NCBI GenBank assembly: GCA_964016885.1
Contig: CAXHJY010000376.1
Location: forward strand, 1-64,000
Length of the DNA stretch: 64,000 bases
Direction: 5' to 3'
Source: Eledone cirrhosa
Taxonomy: Eukaryota
Under the pieces are notes generated by a model. That model was not told the origin of the DNA and made no database searches. It saw nothing but the letters and a program-made list of their open reading frames with translations. The translations under genes were made by a program, and so were the position numbers. Within the stretch, counting starts at the first letter, position 1, and every line of letters begins with the position of its first letter. Shown piece after piece: positions 59,603 through 64,000 of the stretch.

Positions 59603-62600
59603 ATCATCATCATCAACGTTTAACGTCCGTGTTCCACGCTTGCATGGGTTTGGACGGGGGTATTCCCACTTGAGGCAAGAGTGATTGTCTTGCTCGCATA
59701 GGACTGTCTGGCAGGTTTTCTACAGTTGGATGCCCTTCCTAACACCAACCACATTTACAGTGTGGGTCTGGGAGGTTTTTACCGTGTTGCCTACACGGCC
59801 ACATTACAGCGTGGACTGTGTGTTTTTTTGTCGTGACACCTACACGATCTCATTTGTTTCAGCCTGGATGGTGTGGCACCAACATAACTTTACATAGAAG
59901 GGGGCGGTGTGGATGGGGTGGGGGTGGTGGGGCGGGGGTGTATTTTGTTAGAGATGCCTACTGACTGTAGTAGGTTTTACTTTGTATTTAGGTAAGGCGG
60001 GTCTTCTCTATTACTGAGTACCGCCAAAGGTCTCGGTCCAGTGACATTGTCTTGGTGAGGTGTAAGTGTGTGAGGTCGGAGTTTATCAGCTCGTCCCAGG
60101 TTTTTCTGGGTCTGCCTATTCCGTGGCTACCGTCTATATTTATTGCCCTGCACTTTGTTATACAGCTATCGTCCTTCATGCGCATCACGTGACCATACCA
60201 ACGTAGCCTTCTCTCTAGTAAACAACATCTGATCCCTCTTATTTCTAATTTTTTCCTTAGTTCGTTTATGCTTTGTCGTTCACGTATATTACTATTACAC
60301 ATCCAGCGGAGCATGCAAGCTTCGTTTCTCTCTAGTCTGCGTATATCCTCTGCACATAATGCCCAGGTCTCACTGCCATGCAACATTGCTGTTCGTATGC
60401 AGGCATCGTACAGCCTGCCTTTCATTTTTAGGGAGAACCCTTTAGCGGCTAATAGTGGTATAAGCTCTCTGAACTTTTTCCACCCAGTTCTGACTCTAGC
60501 TACTGTACTTTCGGAGCACCCTCCCCCACTGCTGATTTTGTCACCCAGGTAACGGAAGCTGTCCACTATTTCTATAGAACCCTCTGCGCAGTTGAAAGAG
60601 CTAGTATTTTGTGGGCACTTGCTGCTACTTATTTCCCCAGAACATCGGCCACATGTAAAATCTATGTTCTTAGTTAGCTTACCTGTGATCCCACTACATC
60701 TTTTATGCACCCAAACTTTGCATTTGGGACACAAAATGGAATTTCTACCTACGCCTTTCCTACACTCTGCGCATGGCCACTTCCCGGAGGGGACCGCCGC
60801 CTTATTTTCTTTCTTACAAACTAGAACTTCAGTCTTAGCCAGGTTAATTTTAAGGCCTTTTGATTCTAGGCCGTGCTTCCATGTTTGGAATTTCTTCTCT
60901 AGCTCGGCCATTGATTCAGCTATGAGCGTTAGATCATCTGCGTATAGGAGATCCCATGGGCAGCCGGTCTTGAACTCCACTGTTATAGCCTGGAGGGCAA
61001 TAATAAATAGTAGGGGGCTAAGAACAGAGCCCTGATGAACACCAACTTTTACACTAAACTCTTCACTATATTCGTTGTTAATTCTAACCTTGCTGACTGT
61101 TTCTTTATACATGGCTTGTATAGCTCTCACAAGCCATTCATCAACACCTAGTTTTCTAAGAGCCCACCAGATAATGGAGCGGGGGACTCTGTCGAAGGCT
61201 TTCTCCAAGTCGACGAAAGCTAAGTATAGGGGTTTACTTTTAGCTAGGTACTTCTCCTGTAGTTGTCGTACAATGAAAAGAGCGTCTGTGGTACTTTTTC
61301 CTGACACGAACCCGAACTGCATTTCATCTAGATCAATTCGCTCTCTGATTAGTTGCGCTATAACTTTTTCCGTGACCTTCATGACCTGGTCGATTAATTT
61401 AATGCCTCTATAGTTACTCCTATCTAGGGCATCTCCTTTACCCTTATAACAGTTAACGATAATGCTGCTGCGCCAGTCCTTCGGAACAACCCCATTCTGT
61501 ATGACTTGGTTGACTATCCGGGTGACCATGGTGTGTCCCACCGTACCAGATGCCTTCAGCATCTCGGCAACTATTTCCGAAGGCCCAGCCGCCTTGCCTG
61601 TCTTCATATCTTTGATTGCCTTACTTATTATACTACCCTCGACTAACACTGCTGGTCCCTCTATTGGGTCAATGTGGGGGAGACTGTCTTTCTCCCATTT
61701 ATTCTCCTCATTTAGTAGCCTTTCATAGTGACACTTCCAAGCTACCTTCTTATCGGCGTCGGTGATGGCAAGTATGCCGTCATCATTAAGTACACACTTC
61801 TCCCCGACAATATCACCGTGTTCCTTGACACATTGCCTAGCAATCCTGAACACCTCACGTTTTTGGTCCTCACGTTGTAGAACATGCTTGAACTTTCTTT
61901 CCTCTGCTTCCCTTCTTGCGAAGTACACTTGTCTCCTAGCTTCCCTCCATGCCACTTGATAGTCTTCTCTGCTTCCCCCATCCCACCATACTTTCCAAGC
62001 CTGCTTTTTGGCCTTAATTGACCCCTCCACCTTACTGTTCCACCACCATGTTACTCTCCTCCTGCCTACAGGCCTGCTCCAGCCACAGACTTCGTCTGCC
62101 GCCGTCAACAGGTTTGCTTTCAGGAATTCCCACTGTTCCTCTACCTTGTACGTCTCTAATTGCTCTTCCTCACTGTCGAAAGCATCAAGTAATATGCTTT
62201 GGAATTTATTTTTGGCTGTGGGGTCCTTTAGCTTCCATATTTTTCTCCTGAGGATAGTCCTCTTCTGTTGTCTAGTACGTCTCGTCCTGACTATTAGGTC
62301 GCTAATTATCAGTCTATGTTGGGAAGTGCATTCTTCATGGGGGAGGGATTTAGTGTTTACGATAGTCACTTTGTCACGTCTTCTGGTAAGGATATAATCT
62401 ACCTGGCTAGTATGTTCCCCTGATCTGTAGGTGATCAAGTGATTGTCTCGTTTTTTGAAGTTAGTGTTGCAGATAGTTAGGTTATTTGCGTCGCAGAATT
62501 CCAGGATTCTGGAGCCTTCCTCATTTCTAGTACCAAACCCATAGCCTCCATGGATTTCGTCGTAGCCGTCACAATGTTGTCCAACGTGACCGTTTAGGTC

Positions 62601-63140
62601 GCCTGCAATAATTATATAGTCACTGTCGGTTATTTGGGAGGTAGTGAGCATAAGTGTCTCATAGAATCTGTCTTTTATAGTGCTGGGCAGTCCGGATTGG
62701 GGTGCGTACGCGGATATTACTGTCACCGTAGTTCTATTGAGGACAAGTCTTATTTTAATTATTCTGTCGTTCACTCTATTTACGTCTATTATGTTATCTG
62801 CCCACTTTTCTGCTACCATGATTCCTACTCCACCCAGCCCATTGTCATTTCCCACCCAGAAAAGCTTATAGCATCGTTTTCTACCCACAATGTATCTAGC
62901 AGACCCACCCCTCCACCTGGTCTCTTGAATACAACAAACATCGACCTCCTTACGTTCAAGCATTTCTACAACCTCGTTAGAGCGACCCTTTAAGGTGCCT
63001 ACATTCAAGGTACCAAATCTGAAGTTTTGGATTGCGTTTGGGGGGTTGGAAAGGTGGGGAGCGGGGGGAGATGGGGTTATGTTAGCCATCCGCGGCCGAA
63101 ACAAAGAGGCATGCTCGCATTTTCGTCCTCGAGGTGTGAT
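59603..63140 (-). mobile_element. RTE family A LINE, truncated only at the extreme 5' end
   Basis: Uninterrupted ORF plus full 3' UTR and (GAT)n tail. Confidence 0.97.
59988..63089 (-). CDS. RTE-A APE endonuclease-reverse transcriptase with internal PHD-like finger (intact)
   Basis: Open frame 63104-59988 with the first ATG at 63089, upstream of APE motif NVGTL. All APE and RT motifs are present. Confidence 0.95.
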   Translation of the reverse strand: MANITPSPPAPHLSNPPNAIQNFRFGTLNVGTLKGRSNEVVEMLERKEVDVCCIQETRWRGGSARYIVGRKRCYKLFWVGNDNGLGGVGIMVAEKWADNIIDVNRVNDRIIKIRLVLNRTTVTVISAYAPQSGLPSTIKDRFYETLMLTTSQITDSDYIIIAGDLNGHVGQHCDGYDEIHGGYGFGTRNEEGSRILEFCDANNLTICNTNFKKRDNHLITYRSGEHTSQVDYILTRRRDKVTIVNTKSLPHEECTSQHRLIISDLIVRTRRTRQQKRTILRRKIWKLKDPTAKNKFQSILLDAFDSEEEQLETYKVEEQWEFLKANLLTAADEVCGWSRPVGRRRVTWWWNSKVEGSIKAKKQAWKVWWDGGSREDYQVAWREARRQVYFARREAEERKFKHVLQREDQKREVFRIARQCVKEHGDIVGEKCVLNDDGILAITDADKKVAWKCHYERLLNEENKWEKDSLPHIDPIEGPAVLVEGSIISKAIKDMKTGKAAGPSEIVAEMLKASGTVGHTMVTRIVNQVIQNGVVPKDWRSSIIVNCYKGKGDALDRSNYRGIKLIDQVMKVTEKVIAQLIRERIDLDEMQFGFVSGKSTTDALFIVRQLQEKYLAKSKPLYLAFVDLEKAFDRVPRSIIWWALRKLGVDEWLVRAIQAMYKETVSKVRINNEYSEEFSVKVGVHQGSVLSPLLFIIALQAITVEFKTGCPWDLLYADDLTLIAESMAELEKKFQTWKHGLESKGLKINLAKTEVLVCKKENKAAVPSGKWPCAECRKGVGRNSILCPKCKVWVHKRCSGITGKLTKNIDFTCGRCSGEISSSKCPQNTSSFNCAEGSIEIVDSFRYLGDKISSGGGCSESTVARVRTGWKKFRELIPLLAAKGFSLKMKGRLYDACIRTAMLHGSETWALCAEDIRRLERNEACMLRWMCNSNIRERQSINELRKKLEIRGIRCCLLERRLRWYGHVMRMKDDSCITKCRAINIDGSHGIGRPRKTWDELINSDLTHLHLTKTMSLDRDLWRYSVIEKTRLT

Positions 63141-63207
63141 CTATGTATGTATATATATATGTATGTATGTATATATATATATATATGTATGTATATATAT
63201 ATGTATG

Positions 63208-63253
<46 letters not shown>

Positions 63254-63371
63254 TGTATGTATGTATATATATATGTATGTATGTATATATATATGTATGT
63301 ATGTATATATGTATGTGTATATATATGTATGTATATATGTATGTATGTATGTATATATATATATATGTTAT

Positions 63372-63980
63372 GTCAGGTCACCAGTTGGTGCTACTGGTAA
63401 CATGTATCCCAGTACAACCTGTCCCATGGTCGGGTCGTTGGCGACTAAACTGGCAACCCCACCAAGGTTTCTTGGTGAGGAGGGTGACTTTGGACATCCT
63501 GCAGGACTAAAAACAAAACCTGTCAAAGGGCAAAGGAGCTCTTAAGAGTCAATGGCCATCCAAAATCACCGGGAGAGATGACCCCTTAGCCTTTGTCAAG
63601 GCAGAATTCTAGGAGAAGGAAAACTCTGATATAACACCTGCAACCCTGATGGTATCCAATGATGTTGACTTATTCTTCTTTTTGGTAAATATCATCTTGG
63701 TTAAGAGAGTGGGACTGGCTTTGTGCAGTGCCTTTGCTCACTATAAAAGCTTCACGGCACAGGCATTGCTTTATATCTGGAGATCTCTCTACACTTGTCG
63801 TCACATGGTACCAAAGGCCCAACACTATGTGTCAATAATTGTCACAAGTGTAGTGTTTGTACCAGAGTTTTCAAGTCGCTGGCTGGACTAAAAAGTCACA
63901 CTCGTTCAGCGCATCGGTAGGGGTTCTCCTACATGAATATAAAGTAGTGGCCGTACTCGAAAACGAGTTGGCAGCCACCA
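63372..63980 (+). mobile_element. Element C, full-length copy (609 bp)
   Basis: CTAGGAGAAGGAAAACTCTGAT at 63609-63630; C2H2-coding remnant at 63849-63920; terminal hairpin CTCG-AAAA-CGAG. Confidence 0.95.
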
Positions 63981-64000
63981 TATATATATGTATGTATATA

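Noticed and set aside
63372-63453. HDV-like ribozyme at the 5' end of element C (CCAGT/ACTGG pairing, small hairpin, CTAA)
   Set aside because: RTE 5' ends can carry HDV-like ribozymes, but I could not build a convincing P1/P3/L3/P1.1. An RNArobo or Infernal search is needed.

Overview
Eukaryotic, repeat-only window. It is probably a coleoid cephalopod (octopus-like); this is inferred from the repeat families and not proven. Roughly half of it is (TA)n microsatellite interrupted by G, almost always on the + strand. The rest is retroelements sitting inside those tracts: (i) two RTE-clade LINE families with APE-RT, an internal PHD-like finger and (GAT)n tails, including one intact ORF; (ii) two CR1/Jockey-group LINE families, one apparently full-length with a Myb-like/polyQ/CCCH ORF1 that overlaps ORF2 in the -1 frame; (iii) two 5'-truncated Penelope-like elements (RT + GIY-YIG) with type I hammerhead ribozymes and direct or inverted pseudo-LTR pieces; (iv) seven copies of a ~609-bp non-autonomous element joining an RTE-type 5' segment to an RTE-type C2H2-finger 3' end. 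No host gene is visible, and the long Tyr/Ile ORFs are microsatellite artefacts. The most unusual signals are a ~2-kb zone (20.5-22.6 kb) with a strong +strand A-to-G excess (edited retrocopy or assembly artefact), in-phase slippery heptamers at the LINE ORF1/ORF2 overlap, and a 558-bp cleavage-site-to-cleavage-site hammerhead unit.
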